Of a stretch of DNA of 64,000 nt, positions 1-8,555 are shown piece by piece; positions within the stretch are counted from its first letter, which is position 1; every line of letters begins with the position of its first letter. The notes beneath the pieces were generated by a model. That model saw only the letters and a list, made by a program, of their open reading frames with translations. It did not search any database and was not told the origin of the DNA. Both the position numbers and the translations under genes were made by a program. The stretch comes from an uncultured Candidatus Saccharibacteria bacterium (GTDB lineage: Bacteria > Patescibacteriota > Minisyncoccia > UBA6257 > WO2-44-18), in assembly GCA_964503795.1 (NCBI GenBank), contig CAZDBT010000002.1, positions 17,989-81,988 on the forward strand, written 5' to 3'.

Positions 1-456
1 GCTACGACAAACGCCAGCAAGGAATCCTGGGTTTACAACATCACCAACCCAGCTGTCCCGGTATTGAAAAATACATATGATTTTCCCGCGTCTTCCGGTT
101 CCTACAGCACCTATCTTTATTTCCGGGGTAGCGGCACCAATCTGCTAAGCGGCACCTCCGCCAATGAGGTGGCGGTCATCGGCGCCACCACGACTTCCAA
201 GATGTATGTGCGTAGTCGGCTGGATGTTGGCGGGCAGGTGAACGACATCGTCTGCACTACGGGTAATCTTGCGTTTCTTTCAACCAACAACGGGGGGGCG
301 GAATTTACAGTGGTCAACGCGACCGATCCCGACCACATTACTTCCTATGCCACCCTAAACTTTCCCCAGATAGCGACCGGAATAGACTTCGCGAATAATT
401 ACGTATTTATGGCAGTAAGAAGCAATGATGCGCTACGAATCATCACATCACAATAA
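1..456 (+). CDS. Hypothetical protein, C-terminal fragment; the ORF is open to the window edge
   Basis: The frame of ORF 64..456 has no stop back to position 1 (the TTG at 64 is internal). It lies directly upstream of the pilin genes. No recognisable motif. Confidence 0.35.
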   Translation, partial: ATTNASKESWVYNITNPAVPVLKNTYDFPASSGSYSTYLYFRGSGTNLLSGTSANEVAVIGATTTSKMYVRSRLDVGGQVNDIVCTTGNLAFLSTNNGGAEFTVVNATDPDHITSYATLNFPQIATGIDFANNYVFMAVRSNDALRIITSQ

Positions 457-928
457 AGGTTTTACACTGATCGAAACTCTGATCTACGCGGCTTTAACGA
501 CGATGCTGGTGACTTTTGCGATCCTGACAACCTATTCTCTGATCGATTCTTCCGATCGGGTTAGGAATCAGAAGGAGCTGGTGGAAAACCAGAAGCTCCT
601 TACCCAAAAGATCTATTGGGCCCTGCAGAACGTTTCGGCGATCAATTCTCCAACTTCCGGAGCTACCTCCACTACTTTGTCGGTAGATAAGTTGAGCTAT
701 GGATCCAATCCGGTGGTTGTGAATACCGCTTCCAGCGTGGCCTGGCTTAAGCGCGGCGCGTCGGCGGCCCAGCCGATCACCGATAATTTTTACGCGCGGG
801 TTCAGAGCCTGAATTTCCATCAGTTCGATTTTTCCGGCCACCCCGCGATCCAGGTTTCCGGATCGTTATTCAATCCCTATACTTCCACCACGGTGGCGAT
901 CGGGACGACTACAATACTGGTTAAATAA
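425..928 (+). CDS. Type IV pilin / pseudopilin-like protein (prepilin N-terminal cleavage-methylation domain)
   Basis: Leader MMRYESSHHNKG followed by FTLIETLIYAAL. This is the G|FTLIE prepilin peptidase site with Glu at +5, followed by a hydrophobic helix. Confidence 0.7.
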   Translation: MMRYESSHHNKGFTLIETLIYAALTTMLVTFAILTTYSLIDSSDRVRNQKELVENQKLLTQKIYWALQNVSAINSPTSGATSTTLSVDKLSYGSNPVVVNTASSVAWLKRGASAAQPITDNFYARVQSLNFHQFDFSGHPAIQVSGSLFNPYTSTTVAIGTTTILVK

Positions 929-932
929 CCCA

Positions 933-1313
933 ATGAACAAAGAAAACGGATTTATTGCGCTTACTACCTCGATCATCCTTTCGATCCTGGTTTTGTTGGT
1001 GGCGGCCTCTTTGGGATCGGCCAACTTGTTCAACCGGTTCGCGGTGGTGGATTTCAGTAATAAACAGGCCAGTTTTTCGGTGGCGCGCTCCTGCCTGAAT
1101 TACTCACTTTTGAAATTAGCCGAGGGTTCCAGCTATGCCGGCAATGAGACGCTGACAGTCGCTTCCTATACCTGCGCGATCGGCGCTATTACGACCTCCG
1201 GAGCCAATAAGGTAATAACCGCTAAATCCCAGATCAACGGAGCCACGACCAATTTGAGGCTAACGGTGGTCACCGCCAGCTTATCCACAGTCTCCCTAGA
1301 AGAGCTGCAGTAG
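933..1313 (+). CDS. Minor pilin-like protein (putative)
   Basis: MNKENG|FIALTTSIILSILVLLVA has a pilin-like leader and hydrophobic segment but lacks Glu+5. It sits between two clear pilin genes. Confidence 0.4.
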   Translation: MNKENGFIALTTSIILSILVLLVAASLGSANLFNRFAVVDFSNKQASFSVARSCLNYSLLKLAEGSSYAGNETLTVASYTCAIGAITTSGANKVITAKSQINGATTNLRLTVVTASLSTVSLEELQ

Positions 1314-1384
1314 TTTGTTATACTTAAGTCAGTCTAGTTTAGCTTTAAATTTCGGAAAGGTCGGTTTAGGTTAATAAAATTTAA

Positions 1385-1873
1385 TTGAATAAAAATATGA
1401 TGAAGAAAATTTCAGGTTTCACCTTGATCGAGTTGTTGGTCGTTATCGGCATTATCGCTATCTTAGCCGGTGTGGTTATCGTTGCTTTGAACCCCGCCCG
1501 TCAGTTCGCGCAAGCTCGCGACACCCAGAGGACTTCGAATGTTAACGCGATCCTTGAGGCTATTGGCCAGAGAATGGCGGACAATCGCGGCACTTGGGCC
1601 GCTACTGGTGGATGTGAAGCCCTGCCTACTGCTGGACCCGTTAACATTGGTACAGATGTTGCTGGCACAAACGCCGCCAAGGTTGACTTAGAGGCCTGCC
1701 TGGTTCCGACCTATATCTCCCAGATGGTCTCTGATCCATCTACTGGCGTGATTGATCCCACGACTGGTAGTACCACTGATTCCGGGTACACCGTCGTTAG
1801 GAATGCGTCGACTGGTAGAATTACCATTGCCGCTACTCCGGAGGTCGCAGCTTCTATTTCGGCTACGAGATAG
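1385..1873 (+). CDS. Type IV pilin (major pilin candidate)
   Basis: MNKNMMKKISG|FTLIELLVVIGIIAILAGVV is a canonical class III signal peptide with N-methyl-Phe pilin helix. The C-terminal region is Cys-containing. Confidence 0.8.
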   Translation: MNKNMMKKISGFTLIELLVVIGIIAILAGVVIVALNPARQFAQARDTQRTSNVNAILEAIGQRMADNRGTWAATGGCEALPTAGPVNIGTDVAGTNAAKVDLEACLVPTYISQMVSDPSTGVIDPTTGSTTDSGYTVVRNASTGRITIAATPEVAASISATR

Positions 1874-1884
1874 TTAGTAGATAA

Positions 1885-1924
1885 ACAAAAACTCCCCGAT
1901 TTGTGTAAGGGGAGTTTTTGTTTA
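1885..1924. terminator. Rho-independent terminator, bidirectional, between the pilin gene and the convergent GT2 gene
   Basis: Hairpin aaaaactcccc-gatttgtgtaa-ggggagttttt with flanking A and T runs. Confidence 0.7.
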
Positions 1925-2611
1925 TCTACCCGGGTTGAGCCAATGCTTGATTATGACCGCGATCGCTTTCAGGCCGTCCGTCCAGCGGATCTTTTTACCC
2001 TCGGCATAACCGCGACCGTGATAAGAAATGCCTACTTCATAAAATCGCCAGCCTTTCTGGGCGAGCTTGATCGTAACTTCCGGTTCAAAACCGAAGTCGT
2101 TCTCTTCTAATGTTATTGAATCCAAGGCCTGTTTCCGGAAGGCCTTAAAGCCGGTTTCCATATCGGTGAGGTTCAGGTTGGCGGCAATGTTGCAGAGCAG
2201 GGTCAGAAAGCGGTTGCCGGTGAAGTGCCAAAATAACATTACCCGGTGCGGCGCGGATCCGATGAAACGCGATCCGTAAACCACATCGGCCTGGCCGTTC
2301 TCTATGGGGCCGATCAGCTTAGCGTATTCTGCCGGGTCATATTCCAGATCGGCGTCTTGGATAAGAATAATTTCTTGCGTAGCATTTTTTATTCCGGTGC
2401 GGACTGCCGCGCCTTTACCGCTATTCTTTTCATGCCGGACAACTTTCACGTTCTTCGCCTGATGGGTTTTTAAAAATTCCTCGGTGCCATCAATAGAGTG
2501 ATCATCCACGATAATGATTTCCGTTGGTTTTTGCTTTTGGACACGCTCCAAAACCAGGGGCAGGGTAGCCTTCTCATTGAAAACGGGAATAATTACGGAA
2601 AATTTCGGCAT
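1922..2611 (-). CDS. GT2 family glycosyltransferase, Dpm1-like polyprenol-phosphate sugar synthase
   Basis: VIIPVFNE...IIVDDHSIDGT...LIQDADLEYDP. This is a GT-A fold with DxD, typical of dolichol/polyprenol-P mannose or glucose synthases. Confidence 0.8.
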   Translation of the reverse strand: MPKFSVIIPVFNEKATLPLVLERVQKQKPTEIIIVDDHSIDGTEEFLKTHQAKNVKVVRHEKNSGKGAAVRTGIKNATQEIILIQDADLEYDPAEYAKLIGPIENGQADVVYGSRFIGSAPHRVMLFWHFTGNRFLTLLCNIAANLNLTDMETGFKAFRKQALDSITLEENDFGFEPEVTIKLAQKGWRFYEVGISYHGRGYAEGKKIRWTDGLKAIAVIIKHWLNPGR

Positions 2612-4176
2612 TAATTTATCCTAAATAGGGATTCGCTGTCCGTTCCCGCTAATTTTGTGAAATCCCGGGAGTCCTTCAGCAGATAGTCCAGAAGCTTCGG
2701 GTTGCGTTTCTTCTCTACCACAATGTACGACGCCTTGAAGTCTTTTTTCAAGACCTGGGGAGTCGGCTCTACTTCATCGGCGGCGCAGTGGATCTTGCCG
2801 CAAGTGTAGGCGGTGGCGGCATCAATGGAGAAGAAGTGAGTTTTCCAATAGAGCTCCGGGCTGTATGAATATTCAAAAATGGGATCCATCCCGTTGATGA
2901 AGTAGTTCTTCTGATCCCAATAGAAAAGCTGGGCAAAACGGTCCCAGTGCGGATTAAAGACTATCTCCCCGGGTTGTGAGTTTTTATTCAGCCAATCGCC
3001 GATCTCTTTGAAGTCATTTACTTTGAAAGTACCCGTCATATAAGTATCAAAGCGGTACATGGTTTTAAACGGCATATAGATCAGAAAAATGACCAGCATC
3101 GCGCCCAAGGTGTAGTGTTGCCATTCATAGCGAGGGATCCAGACCTTGAATTGCGAAAAGACCAGGCCGATGAACAATACGGTAAAGCCGATAAAAATTT
3201 CATTTGAGCGTCTGGCCACCGCGAAGGTCAGCAGAAAGAAGATAAGGCCAAGCATGGAACTGGAGAGGATCTGCGATCTTAAATTAGCGGGAATGGTTTG
3301 CCATCTTTTGGTTCGGACCAGCCAGACAACAAATCCGACCGCGACCAGCGCCAAGACGGTGATCGGGATCAGCTGGTCTACGAAGTTCTCCCAGACGAAT
3401 GGGGTCAGTTCACGGCCGAACCGCAACGGCAGACTAGATTTTTCCAACAGCAGCTGCACTACTTGGATATAGGCCAGTTTTGCCGCTCCGATCGGGTTGG
3501 GGCGTAGGATCAGGCCGGCTAACAGCCCAAACAAGGCGGCGGCGTGTTTGCGGATGGCTAACTCCCGTTTTTGCAGAAGCTCTACCGTGGCGATCACGCC
3601 AACGACTAGGATCCCCATCCAGCTTAAAGAAAGGTGGATCCAGGAAAGGGATAGGGCGCTGAAAAAGACCACCAGCCGGGTTTTGTTGGTTTCCTGGCTG
3701 GCCAGATAGGCGAATAAAAGCATGCTTAATCCCAGCGATAGAGGGTGCGGACGCAACATAGTAATACGGTAAAGCAGGTCGGCCGAAGCTAATAGAAAAA
3801 CACCGAGCCAGAGCAGTGGCCAGCGTATTTTTAGTTTCAATAGAGAAATAAAAAAAAGCGTTGAGGCGATGACGGTGATAGCAAAAGCGCCCCACTGAAT
3901 TCCGGCGGCCAGGTCAGAGAAGAAAGTGAATGGCAGGATCAGCGCGTGGAAGCCGTACCAAAGATCGGCGGAATATTGGTTGATCGCCGAATACTGCGTC
4001 CAGGGGAAAGCGGTTCGGAACAGGCCGGTGGTCCGGTAGATCCAGGCATGGCGGATGTGATAAAAGCTGTCGGCATCGGCAATTCCGGTCAGCCGCATAT
4101 GAATGAAAAGCGCAAAGCTGACTATCAAAACCAGCGGCAGCAGCCCATAAATTATCTTTTTAAAGTCTAAAGACAT
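2611..4176 (-). CDS. GT-C superfamily membrane glycosyltransferase (PMT/ArnT-like)
   Basis: Polytopic membrane protein with over 10 predicted TM helices. Its stop overlaps the start of the upstream GT2 by 1 nt (ATGA), implying translational coupling. Start placed at the internal Met MSLDFKK (4176), since the 72-aa extension to 4392 is non-membrane and without support. Confidence 0.55.
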   Translation of the reverse strand: MSLDFKKIIYGLLPLVLIVSFALFIHMRLTGIADADSFYHIRHAWIYRTTGLFRTAFPWTQYSAINQYSADLWYGFHALILPFTFFSDLAAGIQWGAFAITVIASTLFFISLLKLKIRWPLLWLGVFLLASADLLYRITMLRPHPLSLGLSMLLFAYLASQETNKTRLVVFFSALSLSWIHLSLSWMGILVVGVIATVELLQKRELAIRKHAAALFGLLAGLILRPNPIGAAKLAYIQVVQLLLEKSSLPLRFGRELTPFVWENFVDQLIPITVLALVAVGFVVWLVRTKRWQTIPANLRSQILSSSMLGLIFFLLTFAVARRSNEIFIGFTVLFIGLVFSQFKVWIPRYEWQHYTLGAMLVIFLIYMPFKTMYRFDTYMTGTFKVNDFKEIGDWLNKNSQPGEIVFNPHWDRFAQLFYWDQKNYFINGMDPIFEYSYSPELYWKTHFFSIDAATAYTCGKIHCAADEVEPTPQVLKKDFKASYIVVEKKRNPKLLDYLLKDSRDFTKLAGTDSESLFRIN

Positions 4177-4205
4177 CGTTGTTATTATAGCAATAATTAT
4201 AGAGG

Positions 4206-4214
4206 TGTTATAAT
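4206..4214 (+). promoter_or_regulatory. Extended -10 element TGtTATAAT, 7 nt upstream of the ATG at 4222 (leaderless-type promoter)
   Basis: Sequence tgttataat matches TGnTATAAT. There is no SD before the start. Confidence 0.45.
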
Positions 4215-4221
4215 TACAACA

Positions 4222-5181
4222 ATGGATGACGCTATTAGAAATTTTCCCAAGCAGTTTGCCTGGGAGCCGAAAATAGAAAATGAGGACCTGTTGCACCAAT
4301 ACAGCAAGTTCGTGGTGGCCGGAATGGGCGGCTCCAGCTTGGCGGGTGATCTGATGAAAGTCTGGAATCCGTTGCTGGATCTGACCGTGCACCGTGATTA
4401 CGGTTTGCCGGAAATCGCCGAAGTGGATCTAAGCCGGACCTTAGTGATCGCCAGCTCTTACTCCGGAAACACGGAAGAAACTCTCAATGCCCTGGATACG
4501 GCAATTGAGTTTGGTTTAGCTGTTGCGGTAGTGGCGGCAGGAGGAAAGTTACTGGAAAAAGCGAAAGAATTAGGCCTGCCATATGTGGAACTTCCCGCTG
4601 ATGGGATCCAGCCAAGAATGGCGACCGGATTCAGCTTGAAAGCCATCTTGGCCTTACTGGGAATGGATGAAGCGCTGCAGGAAGTTGCGACACTGACAAA
4701 ACTCAACGTAAAGCCTTTTGAGCTAGCCGGAAAAAAATTGGCCGGAAAATTAACCGGTAAACTTCCGGTAATTTATTCTTCACGGGCTAATCTACCCATT
4801 GCTTACAACTGGAAAATAAAATTCAATGAAACCGCAAAGATCCCGGCTTTTGCCAATCGTTTTCCGGAATTAAATCACAATGAAATGACCGGTTTTGATT
4901 CCACTCCCACAGCTAAGTCGCTTTCTGAAAAATTTCATTTTATTTTCCTGCGTGATCCGGAAGATCATCCGCGGATCAGTAAAAGGATGGAAGTGACCGC
5001 CAAGCTGTATCGGGACAGGGGATTGCCGGTTGAAGAAATTGATCTGGGCGGCTCAAATGTTTGGGAAAAGATATTTTCCAGCACTCTTTTAGCTGATTGG
5101 ACGGCCTATTATTTGGCGGAGGCGTATGGCGCCGATCCGGACAAGGTTCCGTTGGTTGAAGAATTCAAAAAAATGTTATAG
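4222..5181 (+). CDS. Bifunctional phosphoglucose/phosphomannose isomerase (SIS domain, archaeal-type PGI/PMI)
   Basis: VVAGMGGSSLAGDL and SSYSGNTEETL SIS motifs. The ~320 aa length is typical of the PGI/PMI family. Confidence 0.7.
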   Translation: MDDAIRNFPKQFAWEPKIENEDLLHQYSKFVVAGMGGSSLAGDLMKVWNPLLDLTVHRDYGLPEIAEVDLSRTLVIASSYSGNTEETLNALDTAIEFGLAVAVVAAGGKLLEKAKELGLPYVELPADGIQPRMATGFSLKAILALLGMDEALQEVATLTKLNVKPFELAGKKLAGKLTGKLPVIYSSRANLPIAYNWKIKFNETAKIPAFANRFPELNHNEMTGFDSTPTAKSLSEKFHFIFLRDPEDHPRISKRMEVTAKLYRDRGLPVEEIDLGGSNVWEKIFSSTLLADWTAYYLAEAYGADPDKVPLVEEFKKML

Positions 5182-5193
5182 TATAGGCCAGTC

Positions 5194-5266
5194 GGTCTCA
5201 TCGTCTAGTTGGTCAGGACATGCGGTTCTCATCCGCAAAACATGGGTTCGAATCCCATTGGGACCA
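5194..5266 (+). tRNA. tRNA-Glu (anticodon CUC)
   Basis: Cloverleaf components are GGTCTCA acceptor stem, TCGTCTAGTTGGTCAGGAC D-arm, anticodon stem TGCGG/CCGCA with loop TTCTCAT, T-arm ATGGG-TTCGAAT-CCCAT, and 3' TGGGACC plus A. Confidence 0.8.
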
Positions 5267-5294
5267 CCGTTCAAGTCTCTTTCTCGCTTAGAAT

Positions 5295-5323
5295 TTGACA
5301 TGAGGGAGGTTTTTCTGTATAAT
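5295..5323 (+). promoter_or_regulatory. Sigma70-type promoter, TTGACA-17-TATAAT, upstream of tsaC
   Basis: TTGACA at 5295-5300, a 17-nt spacer, and TATAAT at 5318-5323 preceded by TG. It lies about 20 nt before the ATG at 5344, with no SD. Confidence 0.6.
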
Positions 5324-5343
5324 CACTGTTATTAGCTTAAATT

Positions 5344-5907
5344 ATGCATAAAAACAGCCCAAAACCCCAAGAAGTTACCCAGATCCTCAACGCCGGCGGT
5401 GTTATGATATTTCCGACCGAAACCCTTTATGGGTTGGGTTGTGACGCTACTAATCCGCAGGCGCTTTTGAAGATCTACCAGATCAAAAGCCGCGCGATCG
5501 GCAAGGCTTTCCCTATTTTAGTTAAGGATTTCAAGATGTTGGCGGATTATGCCCACTTCACTCCGGAGCAGAAGAAAGTAATGACCAAATCCAAGCAACC
5601 CATCACTTTCATTCTGAAAGCAAAGAATCTTTCTCCGCTGGCGGCAGTAAAACACACCGCGGCTTTCCGGATCGCTAAGCATCGTTGGATCAAAGAACTT
5701 TTCCGCTACTTTGATAAACCGATCGTGGCGACCAGCGCGAATCTTTCCGGAAAGGATCCGTTACGCGATCCGGCGCAATACAAAGAGATGTTCAAGAAAG
5801 CTGCCGAAATGATCGATGCTGTTATTCACGCCGGCATCAATAATAAGAAGAAGGGTTCCAAGATAGTGGATCTGACCAAGAAACCCTATAAAGTAGTCAG
5901 GGCTTAA
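5344..5907 (+). CDS. tsaC: L-threonylcarbamoyladenylate synthase (YrdC/TsaC family)
   Basis: IFPTETLYGLGCDA motif and ~190 aa single-domain YrdC size. Confidence 0.8.
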   Translation: MHKNSPKPQEVTQILNAGGVMIFPTETLYGLGCDATNPQALLKIYQIKSRAIGKAFPILVKDFKMLADYAHFTPEQKKVMTKSKQPITFILKAKNLSPLAAVKHTAAFRIAKHRWIKELFRYFDKPIVATSANLSGKDPLRDPAQYKEMFKKAAEMIDAVIHAGINNKKKGSKIVDLTKKPYKVVRA

Positions 5908-5940
5908 ATAGCGACTAGCCACTAGCGATTAGCGACTAGG

Positions 5941-7071
5941 ATGAAATTTAAAATACTAAAGAAGTCCAAGAAAAGCCGAGCAAGGCTTGGGATAATTAAA
6001 ACGAAGCACGGCGTTATCCATACGCCGGCTTTTGTTCCCGTGGCTACGCAGGCCGCCATCAAAGGTCTGACCGTTGATCAGCTGAAGTCGGTCGGTTTTG
6101 AGTCATTGCTGTGCAACACCTATCATCTTTATTTGCGGCCGGGGGATCTGACGGTCAAGAAAATGGGCGGTTTGCATAAATTTATGAAATGGAACGGTCC
6201 GATCTGGACCGACAGCGGCGGTTTTCAGGTCTTTAGTTTGGGAGCCGCCATCCAGCACGGCGTAGGAAAAGTAGCGAACGCCGAAGGCGAGCAAGTGACG
6301 CCTCTGAAATCCGGGAAAAGTTTTGTGAAAATTACCGACGACGGCGTGGAGTTCCGTTCGCATCTGGACGGCTCCAAACATTTTTTGACCCCGGAGAAGT
6401 CCATCCAGATACAGGAAAATTTGGGCGCCGATATTATTTTCGCTTTTGATGAATGCACTTCGCCGAAGCACGATCACGCATACACCGAGAAATCTCTGAC
6501 TCGCACACACAGTTGGGCCAGGCGTTGCCTGAAAGTTTTTAAGGGCAAGAATCAAGCCCTGTTTGGCATAGTTCAAGGTGGGATTTATAAAGATTTGCGA
6601 ATAAAAAGCGCCAAGGCGATCGGGGCGATGGATTTTGATGGTTTCGGTATCGGTGGCGCTTTTGGCGAAAAAGAAATGAAGGAGGTTTTGGATTGGACGA
6701 TCCCGTTTTTACCGGAAGACAAACCGAAGCATTTGCTTGGCATCGGTTCGGAAAAGGATATTTGGGAAGCGGTGAAGCGGGGGATAGATACTTTTGATTG
6801 TGTTGTTCCGACCCGGTTGGGCCGCGCCGGCAGCGCTTTGATCCGCGGCAATAAACTTTTCAACGCTAAATCCGGCCGGTATTCCGAAGATAAAAAACCG
6901 ATAGAAAACGATTGCGGCTGCTACACTTGCGCTAATTATTCCCGCGCCTACATTTCCCATCTTTTCCATGCCAACGAAATGCTTGGCCCGATCCTGGTTA
7001 CCATCCATAATCTCTCTTTTATGTATAAACTTTTGGAGGAGATCCGCGAGAGGATTGCGAACGAGCGATAA
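5941..7071 (+). CDS. tgt: Queuine tRNA-ribosyltransferase
   Basis: TPAFVPVAT, LGIGS and the C-terminal Zn site CGCYTC...H are TGT hallmarks. Length 376 aa. Confidence 0.9.
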   Translation: MKFKILKKSKKSRARLGIIKTKHGVIHTPAFVPVATQAAIKGLTVDQLKSVGFESLLCNTYHLYLRPGDLTVKKMGGLHKFMKWNGPIWTDSGGFQVFSLGAAIQHGVGKVANAEGEQVTPLKSGKSFVKITDDGVEFRSHLDGSKHFLTPEKSIQIQENLGADIIFAFDECTSPKHDHAYTEKSLTRTHSWARRCLKVFKGKNQALFGIVQGGIYKDLRIKSAKAIGAMDFDGFGIGGAFGEKEMKEVLDWTIPFLPEDKPKHLLGIGSEKDIWEAVKRGIDTFDCVVPTRLGRAGSALIRGNKLFNAKSGRYSEDKKPIENDCGCYTCANYSRAYISHLFHANEMLGPILVTIHNLSFMYKLLEEIRERIANER

Positions 7072-7129
7072 ATAGTTATACTACGGGCAGAACTTCTAAC
7101 TTCGGATTTTGCGAAAATAAGGAGACCGG

Positions 7130-7402
7130 ATGAGCGTTGCCACTGTTTTCGGCTGGCTGGCGTGTGTTTCTACTTTCATTTTCTTTTCGGTTGGTTCGCC
7201 AACTCAAATAATTAAGCACTATCGCGAGAAACGAGTCGGCCTGACCGCTTTTTATGCCGCCTGGCCTCTGACTAGTCATTTGTTTTGGTTGGGACGTGGA
7301 GTAACAACCAAGGATCCGTTTCTGATCTGGGTCAACGCGTTTGCCTTAGTGATGGTGAGCATCATCTGCGCCCAGAAATTCATTATTTATCGGGGAAAAT
7401 AA
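7130..7402 (+). CDS. Small 3-TM membrane protein, PQ-loop/SemiSWEET-like (putative)
   Basis: A 90-aa protein with three hydrophobic helices and an SPTQIIKHYREKR segment resembling the PQ-loop motif after TM1. SD AAGGAGA upstream. Confidence 0.4.
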   Translation: MSVATVFGWLACVSTFIFFSVGSPTQIIKHYREKRVGLTAFYAAWPLTSHLFWLGRGVTTKDPFLIWVNAFALVMVSIICAQKFIIYRGK

Positions 7403-7431
7403 AACAAGGCTAAAGCCTTGTTTTTTGTTTG
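7403..7431 (+). terminator. Rho-independent terminator
   Basis: Hairpin caaggctaaagccttg followed by tttttt. Confidence 0.7.
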
Positions 7432-7618
7432 TGCCGCGGGAGAGAATAGGAGTTAAATTATATAGTCCAACAGCGAGAACAGTTCTTGAGCAGCATATCT
7501 CGGAGCCCCGCTGGGCCAGGTCTGCGCTACGCGCAGCCGGCGGGGCGAGAGTAAAGAGCATTTTTGGCGCTGGCCAAAAAGAGCTCTGGTGATGCGAGAG
7601 AGCTGTTTGAGCCAATTG

Positions 7619-7690
7619 TGCCGCGGGAGGGAATTGAACCCCCGACGCCAGCCTCTTCAGGGCTGCGCTCTACCACTGAGCTACCGCGGC
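7619..7690 (-). tRNA. tRNA-Phe (anticodon GAA)
   Basis: The reverse complement reads GCCGCGGTAGCTCAGTGGTAGAGCGCAGCCCTGAAGAGGCTG...GGGGGTTCAATTCCCTCCCGCGGCA. It has a 7-bp acceptor stem and a CTGAAGA anticodon loop. Confidence 0.8.
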
Positions 7691-7727
7691 GTATAATAAG
7701 ACTAGTTTAGTCAATTTTGGAGGAAAA

Positions 7728-8411
7728 TCAAATCTTCAGTTTTGCCACCTCTTCCGGTTTCAGTTCCCGGTATTCCCCGGGCTTTTCTATGCCCTTCAGA
7801 GTTATGCGGCCAACGCGGATCCTTTTAAGATTTTTAATCGTCAGATGAACTTCGGCGGCCATCCGGCGGATCTGATGTTTACGGCCTTCTTTCAAAATTA
7901 TGGAAAAAGAGGTGTCGCTAAGCTGTTCTACTTTGGCCGGCAAAGTTTTTTGACCGTCCAGATCCACGCCTTCGGCTAATCGGCGCAGGCTCAAGGGCTG
8001 AATTTTTTCCCAGACCTGAACTTCGTACTCTTTTTCAACCAAATGCTTGTCGCTGGTGATAGTAGCGGTGAGCACGCCATCATTAGAGAGCAGGATCAGC
8101 CCCTCGCTTTCTTTATCCAACCGACCAACCGCATTGAGATGCTTATATTGAGGCAGATAATCAAAGATAGTTTCTCCCCCTTTTTCATTGATGGCCGAAA
8201 TAAGACCGCGGGGTTTATTCAGGGCGACGGTTAACTTGGGAAGTTCTTCCTTTCCCTTCCTTTCCCTGATCTTCACCACGTCTTTTTCCGAAACCTGGTC
8301 GCCCAAAACCGCTACTCGGTCGTTGATGAGCACTTTTTTGTCGGAGATCAATCTGTCCGCCTCGCGGCGGCTGGCTAATTTTTGAGACGCTAGATATTTG
8401 TTGATCCGCAT
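7728..8411 (-). CDS. rRNA pseudouridine synthase, RsuA/RluB family (S4 domain plus PseudoU_synth_2)
   Basis: N-terminal S4-like region (RINKYLASQKLASRREADRLI) and the catalytic motif GRLDKESEGLILLSNDG. Confidence 0.85.
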   Translation of the reverse strand: MRINKYLASQKLASRREADRLISDKKVLINDRVAVLGDQVSEKDVVKIRERKGKEELPKLTVALNKPRGLISAINEKGGETIFDYLPQYKHLNAVGRLDKESEGLILLSNDGVLTATITSDKHLVEKEYEVQVWEKIQPLSLRRLAEGVDLDGQKTLPAKVEQLSDTSFSIILKEGRKHQIRRMAAEVHLTIKNLKRIRVGRITLKGIEKPGEYRELKPEEVAKLKI

Positions 8412-8555
8412 ACCACTCTATACTTATCCACTTCTGCATTTTTGGAAAGCGGCGGTAAACTTGAAGTATAAAAATTCATTCTTTGCTTCGTTTCTAGGAC
8501 TAGTCTATAATTCGTAATTAGTTCTTAGAAAATCGTATCTCGAAAGGAGCAAGGA

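Noticed and set aside
2611-4392. Longer 593-aa version of the GT-C gene starting at 4392
   Set aside because: The first 72 residues are non-membrane and low-complexity. The internal Met at 4176 begins directly with the first TM helix.
5126-5335. 69-aa ORF overlapping tRNA-Glu
   Set aside because: It lies entirely across a well-formed tRNA cloverleaf and has no SD. It is a chance ORF.
7441-7615. 89-aa minus-strand ORF between the terminator and tRNA-Phe
   Set aside because: No SD and low-complexity Ala/Pro/Ser composition. It is more likely non-coding spacer carrying a weak GGCCAGCGCC hairpin downstream of tRNA-Phe.
8412-8555. Cobalamin riboswitch upstream of the class II RNR
   Set aside because: The gap is only ~145 nt and contains a TATAAT and SD. 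There is no B12-box-like conserved core.
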